In this document: positions 14,836 through 23,942 of the stretch, piece after piece
How the letters are laid out: each line of letters starts with the position of its first letter
How positions within the stretch are numbered: the first letter of the stretch is position 1
IMG/VR virus record: IMGVR_UViG_3300050821_002957
Location: 1 to 64,000 of that record
Length of the DNA stretch: 64,000 bases
Direction: 5' to 3' (one strand)
The notes under the pieces: generated by a model
What the model was told of the DNA's origin: nothing
Databases searched by the model: none
Seen by the model: only the letters and a program-made list of their open reading frames with translations
Translations under genes and position numbers: made by a program

Positions 14836-15715
14836 AACAGCACACCAAATCAAATTGATCAAAAAGATCACTCACCTAAAGACTGCAATCGAAGCTGGTG
14901 ACACCACTTTGCAGCTAGAATTGAAGAAGCTAGAAAACGATCTGAAAAGTTCTCTTGGATCGGTCGGACAAAAAAAGAAACAACAAAAACCAAAGCCGGT
15001 CCAGGTCAATCACGCCTGCCGAGATGCAGTGACCGGAGAATGGAAGCTGTGTGAAGTCTGCCAAGGCCGAGTCCACAAACACGGCTGTAAGACAATCAAG
15101 AAAGAGTGGGATTGCTGCAAAAAGCGTCATACCAAGATGGGTCTGGAGTGGGTGGGAAAGTCAGACGCCGACTACTACGAACGCAAGACGAAAATCACTC
15201 TCGAAGAAGGATTCGATTTCATCAATTCCCTCGAAGCTACGGCAGAAATTGACGGCGTAGTATGTAGCATCAAATCTGGTGGTGTGCGCCTGCCGACGTT
15301 TGTCAAACATGGCACTACGTGTGTGACGTGCAAGCTCCCGGCGTCGTTCTTTGCGGTCGAGCGCCGGGGTGGACAGACTACTCGTTATCACCTGAACCTG
15401 TACGGCGTGAACGACAAAGGAATGGACGTGCTCTTTACGCATGACCATATCCTAGCTCGCTCTGCTGGTGGTCTGGACACACTGGAGAACACACAGACCA
15501 TGTGCAGTCCATGCAACTCACACAAGTCTACTTACGAGCCGAGAAACACAAAACGACAGGCGGCAAAAGAGATCGCCAAACTCACCCAGAAGTTGTACGA
15601 CGGAAATCATGCTGCTGCGATCACTGGAGAGATTTATCGTGAAATTCGTATCGGCGCATCCCACGAATCTTCCGAAGTTTTTGACTACTCCGTAAAGGAA
15701 CAACATGCCAGCTAA
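14825..15715 (+). CDS. HNH endonuclease domain protein
   Basis: CVTC...FTHDHILARSAGGLDTLENTQTMCSPCNSHK; flanked by 11 bp direct repeats. Confidence 0.8.
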   Translation: MPAKTAHQIKLIKKITHLKTAIEAGDTTLQLELKKLENDLKSSLGSVGQKKKQQKPKPVQVNHACRDAVTGEWKLCEVCQGRVHKHGCKTIKKEWDCCKKRHTKMGLEWVGKSDADYYERKTKITLEEGFDFINSLEATAEIDGVVCSIKSGGVRLPTFVKHGTTCVTCKLPASFFAVERRGGQTTRYHLNLYGVNDKGMDVLFTHDHILARSAGGLDTLENTQTMCSPCNSHKSTYEPRNTKRQAAKEIAKLTQKLYDGNHAAAITGEIYREIRIGASHESSEVFDYSVKEQHAS

Positions 15716-15941
15716 GAAACTTGTGTTGACCGAGAATCTGGCGTATCGAGACATCCAAAAGGTTCCGAAGCGCCTCACTAAAGAACAGCGAGGCATTGCT
15801 TTGATGCACATCAGTGCCAAGATCATGTTGAACATTTACGACATGCAAGATCAAGCCGGAATTACAGACCTCGAATTGCTTATGATCTTATCGGAAGAAG
15901 TCAGCCGAACCACTCGACGTTTAGTGAAAGGGAAGAAATGA
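15705..15941 (+). CDS. Hypothetical protein
   Basis: 78 aa; AAGGA SD. Confidence 0.6.
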   Translation: MPAKKLVLTENLAYRDIQKVPKRLTKEQRGIALMHISAKIMLNIYDMQDQAGITDLELLMILSEEVSRTTRRLVKGKK

Positions 15942-16174
15942 TTATCTCAGCGACCGTCGTCAACTCGAATACATTTGTCGGCAATGGACTACAACCGAAC
16001 GTACTCATCATTCAGCCGACATTCGAGGCGCAAACTGTCGGATATAACTACGAAAATCGAAATGCTCAGGAAGCCGCCGAAGTTTTCATGTGGTTACAAG
16101 CTGCATTCTGCAACAAAACACTGGCGGAACTTGCCGAACGTCTGAGCGTCTACAATCAAAAGGAACCAAAATGA
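15938..16174 (+). CDS. Hypothetical protein
   Basis: 78 aa; ATGA overlaps at both ends. Confidence 0.6.
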   Translation: MIISATVVNSNTFVGNGLQPNVLIIQPTFEAQTVGYNYENRNAQEAAEVFMWLQAAFCNKTLAELAERLSVYNQKEPK

Positions 16175-16680
16175 CCACAACTTTTCATGCCTATATTCCC
16201 GATTCCATGAGCGCACGCCCGGAATTTTACAGCGGACGTGGCGCAACGACTTCAGACTTGAATTCACAACATCTTGAAGACATTCACGCCAACATTCTGA
16301 AGCTGCACGGACCTAAAGCCGCTGCTCAATTCGTCAAAATGGTGGCCGATATTCCGGTACTTTCGGCGACCGATTTTCTGATAGCCCTTCAAAACCTGGA
16401 CCGGAGCGGATGGAAATGGACCAGTCGCAAGCGCCCGACCAATAAGGGCATTGAAGTGGTCAACAATGGCAATGCTGGAGACTACGTGTCGAATTTGGGC
16501 ACGATTGCAAGTGTCTTAGGTGGCATGGGACGACACTCCGACCAAACTGAATCGATCCGGTATCCTTTCATCCGACAACACTTTAATGAACTCCCAAAGG
16601 CAGTTCAAAAGAAGCTGAAGGAACCTCGTTGGGATCGAATGGATGTCTTCGGGTGCCGCTACTACCCTTCTCACTATTGA
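16171..16680 (+). CDS. Hypothetical protein
   Basis: ATG 16171 with AAGGA SD. Confidence 0.7.
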   Translation: MTTTFHAYIPDSMSARPEFYSGRGATTSDLNSQHLEDIHANILKLHGPKAAAQFVKMVADIPVLSATDFLIALQNLDRSGWKWTSRKRPTNKGIEVVNNGNAGDYVSNLGTIASVLGGMGRHSDQTESIRYPFIRQHFNELPKAVQKKLKEPRWDRMDVFGCRYYPSHY

Positions 16681-16705
16681 CAGTAGCCTTAGACCCCTGT
16701 AGACT
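16677..16705 (+). promoter_or_regulatory. sigma70-like promoter
   Basis: TTGACA-17 nt-TAGACT. Confidence 0.65.
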
Positions 16706-16714
16706 GGTCATGAA

Positions 16715-17017
16715 ATGAAATACAGAGAGATAGGACCAAAACACGCTTTCAGTGGCGACATTGATGAACCGATTCCTTCCGACATCAAGCATGAGCGCAT
16801 GTTTCATCCAGCAAATAACGAGTGGCCGTTGTACAGTATCGCTATCTGGACACCAACACCTAAAGCCAGCCGTCCTGCCGGGTTCTTTGTTTCTTTGAAC
16901 GTCAAGACAAGCATCAAATCTGACTGGGTGGCTTGTGGTTTGATGACCGCACAATCCATTCCGTTCGAGCTTCTCCCTGAAGTCATAAAATTACTTGAAG
17001 AGGCCGCATCAGCATGA
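16715..17017 (+). CDS. Hypothetical protein
   Basis: 100 aa after promoter. Confidence 0.6.
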   Translation: MKYREIGPKHAFSGDIDEPIPSDIKHERMFHPANNEWPLYSIAIWTPTPKASRPAGFFVSLNVKTSIKSDWVACGLMTAQSIPFELLPEVIKLLEEAASA

Positions 17018-17559
17018 AATTCAATCTCAAAAATCTCGACAACATTCTAGGAAATTTGATTTTTTCTTCTCGATGGATTTTGTATCCGATGAATGTTGGT
17101 CTGGCCGTCGCCGGGATTTTGTATGGAACCAAGTTCATGATGGACCTGTGGACGCTCCTTCATCATGGTCTGGGGATGGAGACGGAGGGCGTGATGTTGG
17201 GTGTACTGGGCCTTGTCGATATGCTTATGGTGGCGAATCTGGTGGACATGATTTACATGGGTTCGCACCAAATTTTCATTCAACGCTTTGTCATCACCGA
17301 CACCACAGCCCGTCCTCAGTGGCTTGATCACGTCGATTCGGGAATTTTGAAAGTGAAGATGGCATCGTCTGTCGGAGGCATCATGATCATTCGGATACTC
17401 AAAGATTTTGTGAACGTCGAACATACCGACTGGATTTTTATTCAACGTCGGTGCTATATTCTAGGAGTTGCCCTTGGTACGGTATTAATCATGGCTGTCA
17501 TTTGGCGACTGACTCATTCTCCAATCGAAGCACCACAGCACAAAGAGGAACAACACTAA
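17014..17559 (+). CDS. UPF0114/YqhA-family membrane protein
   Basis: SRWILYP..VGL, LGLVDM..VANL..MI..G, WLDHVDSGILKVKMA.S; several TM segments. Confidence 0.8.
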   Translation: MKFNLKNLDNILGNLIFSSRWILYPMNVGLAVAGILYGTKFMMDLWTLLHHGLGMETEGVMLGVLGLVDMLMVANLVDMIYMGSHQIFIQRFVITDTTARPQWLDHVDSGILKVKMASSVGGIMIIRILKDFVNVEHTDWIFIQRRCYILGVALGTVLIMAVIWRLTHSPIEAPQHKEEQH

Positions 17560-17789
17560 TGTCTTTTCAACTAACCTGCTTGCTCTGCGAAGGCACCAAG
17601 CCACATACCAGTAAGTACCTCGTGCCCATGCAGGAACACGTCATGACCACGCATGGATACACTCAAACCGATCTCCAGAAGCAGACCAAACGTGAGACCG
17701 ATGCTGGGTACATCTATACCATGCCTGACGGTAAGGATTGGCTGGACGCTGCACGAGGCGGCAACTACATAGGCGGCGGCAATGTCTAG
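17559..17789 (+). CDS. Hypothetical protein (CxxC...HxxxH Zn finger)
   Basis: CLLC...MQEHVMTTH; TAATG coupling. Confidence 0.6.
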   Translation: MSFQLTCLLCEGTKPHTSKYLVPMQEHVMTTHGYTQTDLQKQTKRETDAGYIYTMPDGKDWLDAARGGNYIGGGNV

Positions 17790-18150
17790 AAATCCACACT
17801 ATCTGTCCAAGGTGTTGAATGGTGTTTCTGTTGCCAAAGAAGAATTAGAAGAAGCCGAACGGAAGCGAGACCAGTTTTTAGAGCCTATCCTTACGATTCT
17901 AGGAGCAACCGGAGGCGGCATTGATTCTGTTTACCAGCACGATGAAATTCTCTTTGTAAACAGAACAGGAAGTTGTCGAGGATGTCGTTGGGACGATGAC
18001 TACGAGTTTCCGATGTCCATCTTCACTGCTGATGATCCAATTGCGGCTGCACACAAATACGTCATTGAGAAAAAAGCAGCCGAAGCTGAAGCGGAGAAAC
18101 AACGAAAACTAGCGGAAATTCAACGCTTACAAAAAGAACTAGGTGTCTGA
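17782..18150 (+). CDS. Hypothetical protein
   Basis: 122 aa with charged C-terminal helix. Confidence 0.7.
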   Translation: MSRNPHYLSKVLNGVSVAKEELEEAERKRDQFLEPILTILGATGGGIDSVYQHDEILFVNRTGSCRGCRWDDDYEFPMSIFTADDPIAAAHKYVIEKKAAEAEAEKQRKLAEIQRLQKELGV

Positions 18151-18311
18151 TGAAAAAGCTGTGTCCGAAATGTGAGGGGTTTGGTTTCACGTTTCCTAAT
18201 CCTGCGTGTTGGGCCTTACGTGATGATTACTGGAACAGTCCTCATAGGATTCCTTGTGAATTTTGTAAGAGAACCGGAGAGATAGATGAAAGACCCCAAA
18301 CCAAAGCCTGA
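18150..18311 (+). CDS. Small DnaJ-type Zn-finger protein (53 aa, not in track)
   Basis: CPKCEGFG...CEFCKRTG; TGATG coupling. Confidence 0.6.
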   Translation: MKKLCPKCEGFGFTFPNPACWALRDDYWNSPHRIPCEFCKRTGEIDERPQTKA

Positions 18312-18420
18312 GCCTTGCTATCACAAATTGAAACGAATTTCGGAGCCACCCTATCGTTACATCTGTGAAATCTGCGGAAAGAAATTGAAAATTGCAAGCG
18401 GATGGGTAGGGCCAAAATGA
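18286..18420 (+). CDS. Small Cys/His protein (44 aa, not in track)
   Basis: CYH....YICEICG; ATGA overlap with next ORF. Confidence 0.5.
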   Translation: MKDPKPKPEPCYHKLKRISEPPYRYICEICGKKLKIASGWVGPK

Positions 18421-18638
18421 AAGAATTTGATGCTTATGCTGTTGGCTTGATCTCTGCGAGTGTCTGTACCTCGATGTCGATTGAAGAAGCAACTCGCCAA
18501 CTTAACATCGAACATCCGACCGGCATTAACAGCAAGTGGGTGTTCAGTGACGATCCGACCTTCGCAACAGGTGAGACCAATCCGTGTCCGTGCGATCACA
18601 GCCCAACGACACACCAGCACATGCTTTTCAACTGTTAG
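18417..18638 (+). CDS. Hypothetical protein
   Basis: MKEFDAYAVGLISASVC...; conserved-looking PCPC..H.LFNC end. Confidence 0.6.
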   Translation: MKEFDAYAVGLISASVCTSMSIEEATRQLNIEHPTGINSKWVFSDDPTFATGETNPCPCDHSPTTHQHMLFNC

Positions 18639-18650
18639 GAAGGGATTGAA

Positions 18651-18863
18651 ATGATAGACCCCATAGCATTTACCGGACTGAAGATCGAAGACGACAAGCT
18701 CATCGGCATCATGGCCTCTCAAATATTTGCGATGAATCCGAACATGCAAATATCAAGCGCCGTCCGATACTCATTGGCGATTTTAGAGGAGATCAAACTT
18801 CAAAAGGACGAGATCGAACGTCAGAATAAAATTCGAGAAAAGAACAAACGTAAGAACAAATGA
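18651..18863 (+). CDS. Hypothetical protein
   Basis: 70 aa; last gene of + block. Confidence 0.6.
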   Translation: MIDPIAFTGLKIEDDKLIGIMASQIFAMNPNMQISSAVRYSLAILEEIKLQKDEIERQNKIREKNKRKNK

Positions 18864-18905
18864 AAACGGAGGCCACACACGGCAGATCATTTGTGTGCAG
18901 CCTCC
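18864..18905 (-). terminator. Hairpin terminator between convergent blocks
   Basis: GGAGGC/GCCTCC plus CACAC/TGTGTG; TTTT follows on minus strand. Confidence 0.55.
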
Positions 18906-18933
18906 AAGTGACCAGGGCTACCGAAAACTTCTT

Positions 18934-19227
18934 CTATGAACCTGTGTGCGACGACGTGTGGGTGCCTGGGGTGGATTGAATCGCCGCTTCGACCAACGGC
19001 TGATTGGCTTCACACCACTCGACGTACTGACTCAGATCGTGAATGAACTGCGAAAGATTGAACGTGCTGTTGTGATGCAGCTTCTCCTTCACAGTCTCGA
19101 TCTTGATGTTAGTACTGGACTGCTGTTTTGGATTCGCCTCCAGAGATGTCTCAAGCGTGGTTGCGACGGCTTGAATCCTTCGGGCATCCTTAGAGTACTC
19201 GGCAGGTGACTGCTGTTCTTGTTTCAT
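18934..19227 (-). CDS. Hypothetical protein
   Basis: 97 aa; preferred over antisense ORF 18946..19209. Confidence 0.5.
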   Translation of the reverse strand: MKQEQQSPAEYSKDARRIQAVATTLETSLEANPKQQSSTNIKIETVKEKLHHNSTFNLSQFIHDLSQYVEWCEANQPLVEAAIQSTPGTHTSSHTGS

Positions 19228-19293
19228 GACTCAAGTTCTAACATACTCGATTAAGGCTGTCAAGGCCATAGAACGAAGAATCGCTGAAATGTT

Positions 19294-20364
19294 TTATACC
19301 CAACGCTCGATATAAATTGCATTTCGGCGTAATTCGGCTATTTGATCCGGTTTCAAAATGTAAGTTGAGCCACTGGTTTCATCTTTTTTCATTTTGTATC
19401 CACGACTGAACAGCGTCGAAGTGCTCAAGAAAATTTCAATATTACGGACTCCCGGCTCATAATAAGGTCTCCATTTATCTCTGAGCTTCACCATCTTGGT
19501 CATATCTCTGGCGATGGTAGGCACCAGAAACACGGCATAGATTGTATTGCGCTGAAGATTCGTCTGAAGTACGACAAGAGCCTGCTTGGTCGGGAGCTTA
19601 TTCATAGCTTCTTCGTCAGAGACACTATTTGGTAGGATCTTTCTAATAACTTGTCCCCGGCGCATGATGTCTTCTTCTTCTGATGGTGACAGGGGATGCC
19701 AAGTAACCTGTCGAACTGTTTTTGATAGACCGTATTTGATCGCTAGGTTGGTTTCAATTTTGATTACTAGCATTTCTTGACCGGGCTTTAGACGATCTTC
19801 AGAACCCCAAAATGCTACTAGTTCGTCCATCTTTTTGGGTGTGTCGAATGCGGTTCCCGAGTAATAGTTCGCATACCATCCATCTCGACCAGTGAAGCCA
19901 GATTGACCTTTGTGATTGTACATGACGACAGTGGTCATCTTCTTTTCATCGTTAGTCAATTCGAGATCGTTAATGGTGTCACCAAGTGGAATTTGGAATC
20001 CGACAATACTCGAACAACGATGCGCCTGAGACTGAAATCTCCAACCATGTCTTCCATCTCCGTCGCCAGTGGTCACAGCAAGAAATGCATGAACCAATTC
20101 GTGGATGACAAGTGCGTCTAGTCCTTGTTCAGTACGTTTAAACTTGGTATTCATTACGATTCGCAAAGAGCCAGGAAGTATTGTTCGACCATTTGTGCTA
20201 TAATATGTCGTTCCGCCAGCAGATTTTAGTTCGCCCCAGGTAATTGGACATCTTGGGATGCGACCATCGAACAACAGACGATTGTACGTGTCGAATTTGT
20301 GCTCTAGGCTATAGTCACCTTCGATCACAGGAGATTCAGCCAGCCATTGTTGGAATTTTAGCAT
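19294..20364 (-). CDS. SprT-like zinc metalloprotease domain protein
   Basis: FDTYNRLLFDG, AGG, LVIHELVHAFL, HGWRFQSQA; N-terminus MLKFQQWLAE. Confidence 0.85.
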   Translation of the reverse strand: MLKFQQWLAESPVIEGDYSLEHKFDTYNRLLFDGRIPRCPITWGELKSAGGTTYYSTNGRTILPGSLRIVMNTKFKRTEQGLDALVIHELVHAFLAVTTGDGDGRHGWRFQSQAHRCSSIVGFQIPLGDTINDLELTNDEKKMTTVVMYNHKGQSGFTGRDGWYANYYSGTAFDTPKKMDELVAFWGSEDRLKPGQEMLVIKIETNLAIKYGLSKTVRQVTWHPLSPSEEEDIMRRGQVIRKILPNSVSDEEAMNKLPTKQALVVLQTNLQRNTIYAVFLVPTIARDMTKMVKLRDKWRPYYEPGVRNIEIFLSTSTLFSRGYKMKKDETSGSTYILKPDQIAELRRNAIYIERWV

Positions 20365-20831
20365 TATAAAACTCGAATTTGTTCAATAAAACTTTGAATT
20401 TGCTCTTTGCTCGACTCAGTATTTCTAAGCAAATCTAGCAAATATTTTATCTGTGCTTTACCTTCACTGATGTCGATGATGATCCCGTACATGATGTGGG
20501 TTCCAGGATACACTCGACCAGTCGCCCGGACCCACATCACCTTGTCTGAACCAATCGGTGTGACTCGATATTCGGCGACATACTCGGTGACTTCTCCGGT
20601 TAAAATTTTGTCGATACGCTTGCGAATAATTACTACATCACCTGAGTCAACTTGATCAAGATAACGATCCAATGTGATTTCTTCTACGTCGTTGTAGCCC
20701 ATTAAATGCCGTAAGACACTGTTCCAACGAGTTTCATTCTTGTCGATATCAAATGCGAACGTACCAATTTTTGAACTCTCACATGCCATCAACAATTGGT
20801 CAGCGGTCATTTGTTCGATAAGTTTAGGCAT
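20364..20831 (-). CDS. Stand-alone PAS (PAS_3/PAC) domain protein
   Basis: IGTFAFDI....RWN..LRHLMGY...YVAEYRV.....MWVRATGRV....MYGIIIDIS; start after late promoter. Confidence 0.8.
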   Translation of the reverse strand: MPKLIEQMTADQLLMACESSKIGTFAFDIDKNETRWNSVLRHLMGYNDVEEITLDRYLDQVDSGDVVIIRKRIDKILTGEVTEYVAEYRVTPIGSDKVMWVRATGRVYPGTHIMYGIIIDISEGKAQIKYLLDLLRNTESSKEQIQSFIEQIRVL

Positions 20832-20836
20832 AGAGG

Positions 20837-20843
20837 TATTTAG
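20837..20843 (-). promoter_or_regulatory. Late promoter CTAAATA
   Basis: 5 nt before PAS ATG, just after g23 terminator. Confidence 0.75.
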
Positions 20844-20858
20844 AGTTAGCACCAAATG

Positions 20859-20890
20859 AAAAAGCCCACCAAGATTTCTCTCAGTGGGCC
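20859..20890 (-). terminator. Rho-independent terminator after major capsid gene
   Basis: GGCCCACTGAGA-GAAA-TCTTGGTGGGCT-TTTT on minus strand. Confidence 0.8.
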
Positions 20891-20920
20891 TTAATGCTGA
20901 TCTCGAAAAGCAATTCCAGG

Positions 20921-22234
20921 TTACTGGAGGTTTGCAATCTTGACGAGGCGGTAGTACGGGTTGCTGGTTGCGGTGATTGCACCAGTGCTGTTTGTGTAGT
21001 AAGGATTTGCTACCAAGCCATAACGGGTTTTGAAACCAATCTTCGGCTGGAACGAATTCTCACCAACTGCACGGACCATCTGCAACGGAATGTATGGGCA
21101 GTAGAAGAAACCTGCGTCATACGGCGAGCTACCCTTGTAACCGACCATCATAAGTTCGGTATTCAAGTCGCCAGTGTTGTTGAAGTACGGATCGATGAAG
21201 ACCTTTGTGTTGTTCTTGAGAACGCCAGCGAAAGTGTTTCCTGTGTCATCGACATTGAGGTTCGTTGCGAGAGCAGGTGCATAGCTCAAAATACCTGTCA
21301 TTGCGAGTGCCGAAGCTACGTCGCTGGAGCAGATAATGAAGTTACCCTTGCCTCTACGAGTCTCACGAGCGATCTGGTTAGCATCACGCTCGACTTGGAA
21401 CAACATACCCTTGAACTTTTCTTCCAACCAACGGCCATTGGAATCTGTGTCAAGATCAAACGTGCCAGGGGTCGTTACCGACTTCTGAGCACCCGGCTTT
21501 GCGATGTAATACAGAGTACGGATGATCTCACGATTGATTTCTGCAAGGATTTCAGTCGAGAGGATGTTTGCCAACTCTGTTTCAGCATCCAAGCCATGAA
21601 TTGCCTTCAAGTCTTGTGCCAATTCCATCGTGTATTCTGCTTTCAATGCACGGCTGTTGGCAGTGACCGTAACTTTGTCAATGCTCAATGCCATTTCATT
21701 GAATGCGAAACCGACGCCATCACCCAAGGCTTCTGCCTGACCTGTGGTCATTGCAATACCTGTGGTGTATGGAGACAAGAACGGATCGCTGCCCTGCGCC
21801 TGAACGTATCCAGACATACCGGACTGACGACCTGCAAAGTCTGTGTCAGCTTCGTTGAAGAATGCTTCGTTGTTTGCTACGCCGTTTGTGATCGAAGAAG
21901 AACTCATCGTGCTGTACTTCGAGCGCATTGCGAAGATCAATCCCGTAGGACCAGTCATCGGCTGTACGCCACAAACGTCATATGCAATCAAGTTAGGCAT
22001 TGCACGACGAACGAGACTGATCAAAATCGGGTCCCATGCGCCAACGTTGCCAGAACTGATGTTGTTGGTCGGTGCCGCTTCCATCAATTGCTGCTTTTCT
22101 TCTTTGATTGCTCTCTGCTGGTTCTCAAGAATCTGGATAGTCACATCACGACGGTGACTGTCAGCAATCTTGGGAAGAGCTTCATGGTCGATAACTACTG
22201 ACCATTTCTGTCTTAGGTTTTCGGAAATATTCAT
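20921..22234 (-). CDS. g23: Major capsid protein (T4 gp23 family)
   Basis: DPILISLVRRAMPNLIAYDVCGVQPMTGPTGLIFAMR, RALKAEYTMELAQDLKAIHGLDAE, FQPKIGFKTRYG; start at MNISEN with GGAG SD. Confidence 0.98.
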   Translation of the reverse strand: MNISENLRQKWSVVIDHEALPKIADSHRRDVTIQILENQQRAIKEEKQQLMEAAPTNNISSGNVGAWDPILISLVRRAMPNLIAYDVCGVQPMTGPTGLIFAMRSKYSTMSSSSITNGVANNEAFFNEADTDFAGRQSGMSGYVQAQGSDPFLSPYTTGIAMTTGQAEALGDGVGFAFNEMALSIDKVTVTANSRALKAEYTMELAQDLKAIHGLDAETELANILSTEILAEINREIIRTLYYIAKPGAQKSVTTPGTFDLDTDSNGRWLEEKFKGMLFQVERDANQIARETRRGKGNFIICSSDVASALAMTGILSYAPALATNLNVDDTGNTFAGVLKNNTKVFIDPYFNNTGDLNTELMMVGYKGSSPYDAGFFYCPYIPLQMVRAVGENSFQPKIGFKTRYGLVANPYYTNSTGAITATSNPYYRLVKIANLQ

Positions 22235-22275
22235 ATACCGTCTCTCTCCAGTTTCTCTTTGAAACTTGCTGTATC

Positions 22276-22282
22276 TATTTAG
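22276..22282 (-). promoter_or_regulatory. Late promoter CTAAATA
   Basis: Upstream of g23. Confidence 0.75.
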
Positions 22283-22283
22283 A

Positions 22284-22309
22284 AGCCGCCGTATTTTCAC
22301 ACGGCGGCT
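22284..22309. other. 9 bp hairpin between g22 and g23
   Basis: AGCCGCCGT/ACGGCGGCT. Confidence 0.55.
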
Positions 22310-22321
22310 ATCTTGTACTTG

Positions 22322-23836
22322 TTAGTCCTTCTTACCCATTTTTGAGATGGTCTTTGTATACACATCCATCTCACCGGATACTGGTGCATTGGTCTTTGCT
22401 GATTCCATCAAAGGTTGCTCTTCTTCTTTCTTAGGAGCGCCCTTCTTTGGGAAATAGCTTTCTTTGAGAGTGTTGAGCTTCTCGGCAAATTCCTTGCGAG
22501 TGGTGTACTCGACGCCTTCTGCCAACTTCTTCAACTTCTCACGCTGCGTATCTGCCAAGCCGCTGGATACTGCACGGACAACTTCTTCCTTGCGGTATGC
22601 ATTCAAACTTGCACGCATCTTTACGTTCGATTCGACCGACTCATTGAGCTTTGCTTCAAGAGTGCTGACCTTCTTTCCGAGGGTTGCAAGAACATCAACT
22701 TTGGACTCAGGAACTTCGATGTAGTGTTCGACAAAGAGGTTCTTCAAGCCCTTGATAAAGTCTTCTGCAAGTTCGGCACGAATGCCACGCTCGACAGCCA
22801 AACGATTTTCCTTCATCCAGTTCTCGACGACGTAATTGAGGTAGTTGTCAACCTGTCCAGTCAACTTCTGCTCTGTGATTGCCAGCTTCTTTTCAGAACG
22901 TGCCTTCAATACAGCAAATGCTTCCTTCAACTTCTTCGTTGCGACCTTCTGGACACGCTGCTTCTCTTCGTTCACACGGCGAGTTACAGCAGCCTTGTAG
23001 ATCGTGGTTGCCTTGGTCTTTGCAGCTTCGGACAACTTGGTGCCTGCGAAAATTGCGTTAATGTCTTCGGCGACCGATTTCTTGTCGTCGTTCTGATCAG
23101 CAGTACCAACCGAAGAGTCAGCCGAAAATTTCTGGTTCGGTGTCTTTGCGCCAACTGCTGGTCGGGTCAACTTGTCAGGGGTGTCAAGCATCGAGTCAAC
23201 ATCAGGAAGAGTCTCATCCGGCGTACCGAAATCATCGTCCGAATCCTTCAAGCTGGTCTCGCCTTCTTCTTCCTCAGCGACCTTAATTCCAGGTGCCTTG
23301 CTGACGAGCTTGTCCGGGGACTCCAACTTTGAATCGACATCAGGAAGAGTTTCATCGGGAGTACCGAAGTCATCATCCTTGTCCTTCAAACTTGTTTCGC
23401 CTTCTTCCTCTTCACCAAGACCGTCTTTGTGAGAATCAGGACCGTTGTCGCCTTCCTCTTCCCCGGCTGCGTCTTCGTCTTCACCTTCAGCTAACTTTGC
23501 AAGAAGAGATGCAAAGGTTTCGTCAAGGTCATCCTTCTCGTCCTTGTCGTCTTCCTTGTCCTTGCCATCGCCGTCTTCTTCGTCTTCGCTCATGCCATCA
23601 AGACCGAAACCCTTGGTGATCGGCTCATCTTTTGCTGCATCATCGACACCGATTTCGCCGACGCCTGGAACCGGCCATGCCTGCGGTACGTGTGCTTTCT
23701 GTACATTCTTTGCGTAGTCCAGAGGGCCTTTCAGCGTAGCGCTGGGTGAAGGACCGCCCACGATTTCATAGGCCACTTCCTCATTCAAGTCAGACTTGTT
23801 GAGGATGTCCAAAATTTTGTCTTCAATTCTTCCCAT
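22322..23836 (-). CDS. g22: Prohead core scaffold protein (T4 gp22 family) with long acidic N-terminal extension
   Basis: LSEAAKTKATTIYKAAV, VDNYLNYVVENWMKENRLAVERGIRAELAEDFIKGLKNLFVEHYIEVPE; position between g21 and g23. Confidence 0.93.
   Translation of the reverse strand: MGRIEDKILDILNKSDLNEEVAYEIVGGPSPSATLKGPLDYAKNVQKAHVPQAWPVPGVGEIGVDDAAKDEPITKGFGLDGMSEDEEDGDGKDKEDDKDEKDDLDETFASLLAKLAEGEDEDAAGEEEGDNGPDSHKDGLGEEEEGETSLKDKDDDFGTPDETLPDVDSKLESPDKLVSKAPGIKVAEEEEGETSLKDSDDDFGTPDETLPDVDSMLDTPDKLTRPAVGAKTPNQKFSADSSVGTADQNDDKKSVAEDINAIFAGTKLSEAAKTKATTIYKAAVTRRVNEEKQRVQKVATKKLKEAFAVLKARSEKKLAITEQKLTGQVDNYLNYVVENWMKENRLAVERGIRAELAEDFIKGLKNLFVEHYIEVPESKVDVLATLGKKVSTLEAKLNESVESNVKMRASLNAYRKEEVVRAVSSGLADTQREKLKKLAEGVEYTTRKEFAEKLNTLKESYFPKKGAPKKEEEQPLMESAKTNAPVSGEMDVYTKTISKMGKKD
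23168..23413 (-). repeat. 46 aa tandem duplication within gp22
   Basis: EEEEGETSLKDxDDDFGTPDETLPDVDSxLxxPDKL twice. Confidence 0.85.
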
Positions 23837-23874
23837 TTTTGTGTGTCTCCTGGTAAACCAGATATTTCTAGAGG

Positions 23875-23881
23875 TATTTAG
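23875..23881 (-). promoter_or_regulatory. Late promoter CTAAATA
   Basis: Upstream of g22. Confidence 0.7.
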
Positions 23882-23942
23882 AAGCAAATTGATTTTGGTG
23901 GTGTAGATCGAAGTGATGGATATCGTCTATATAGTGGTACGA

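Noticed and set aside
1575-16789. Exact 18 bp match ATTCCTTCCGACATCAAG at 1575-1592 and 16772-16789 (IPSDIK in both)
   Set aside because: A single isolated match with unrelated flanks; marginal against chance in 64 kb and no mechanism evident.
20894-22201. 435 aa + strand ORF antisense to g23, and similar long antisense ORFs over g22, g18 and g20
   Set aside because: No motifs or RBS; expected by-product of codon bias in the real genes.
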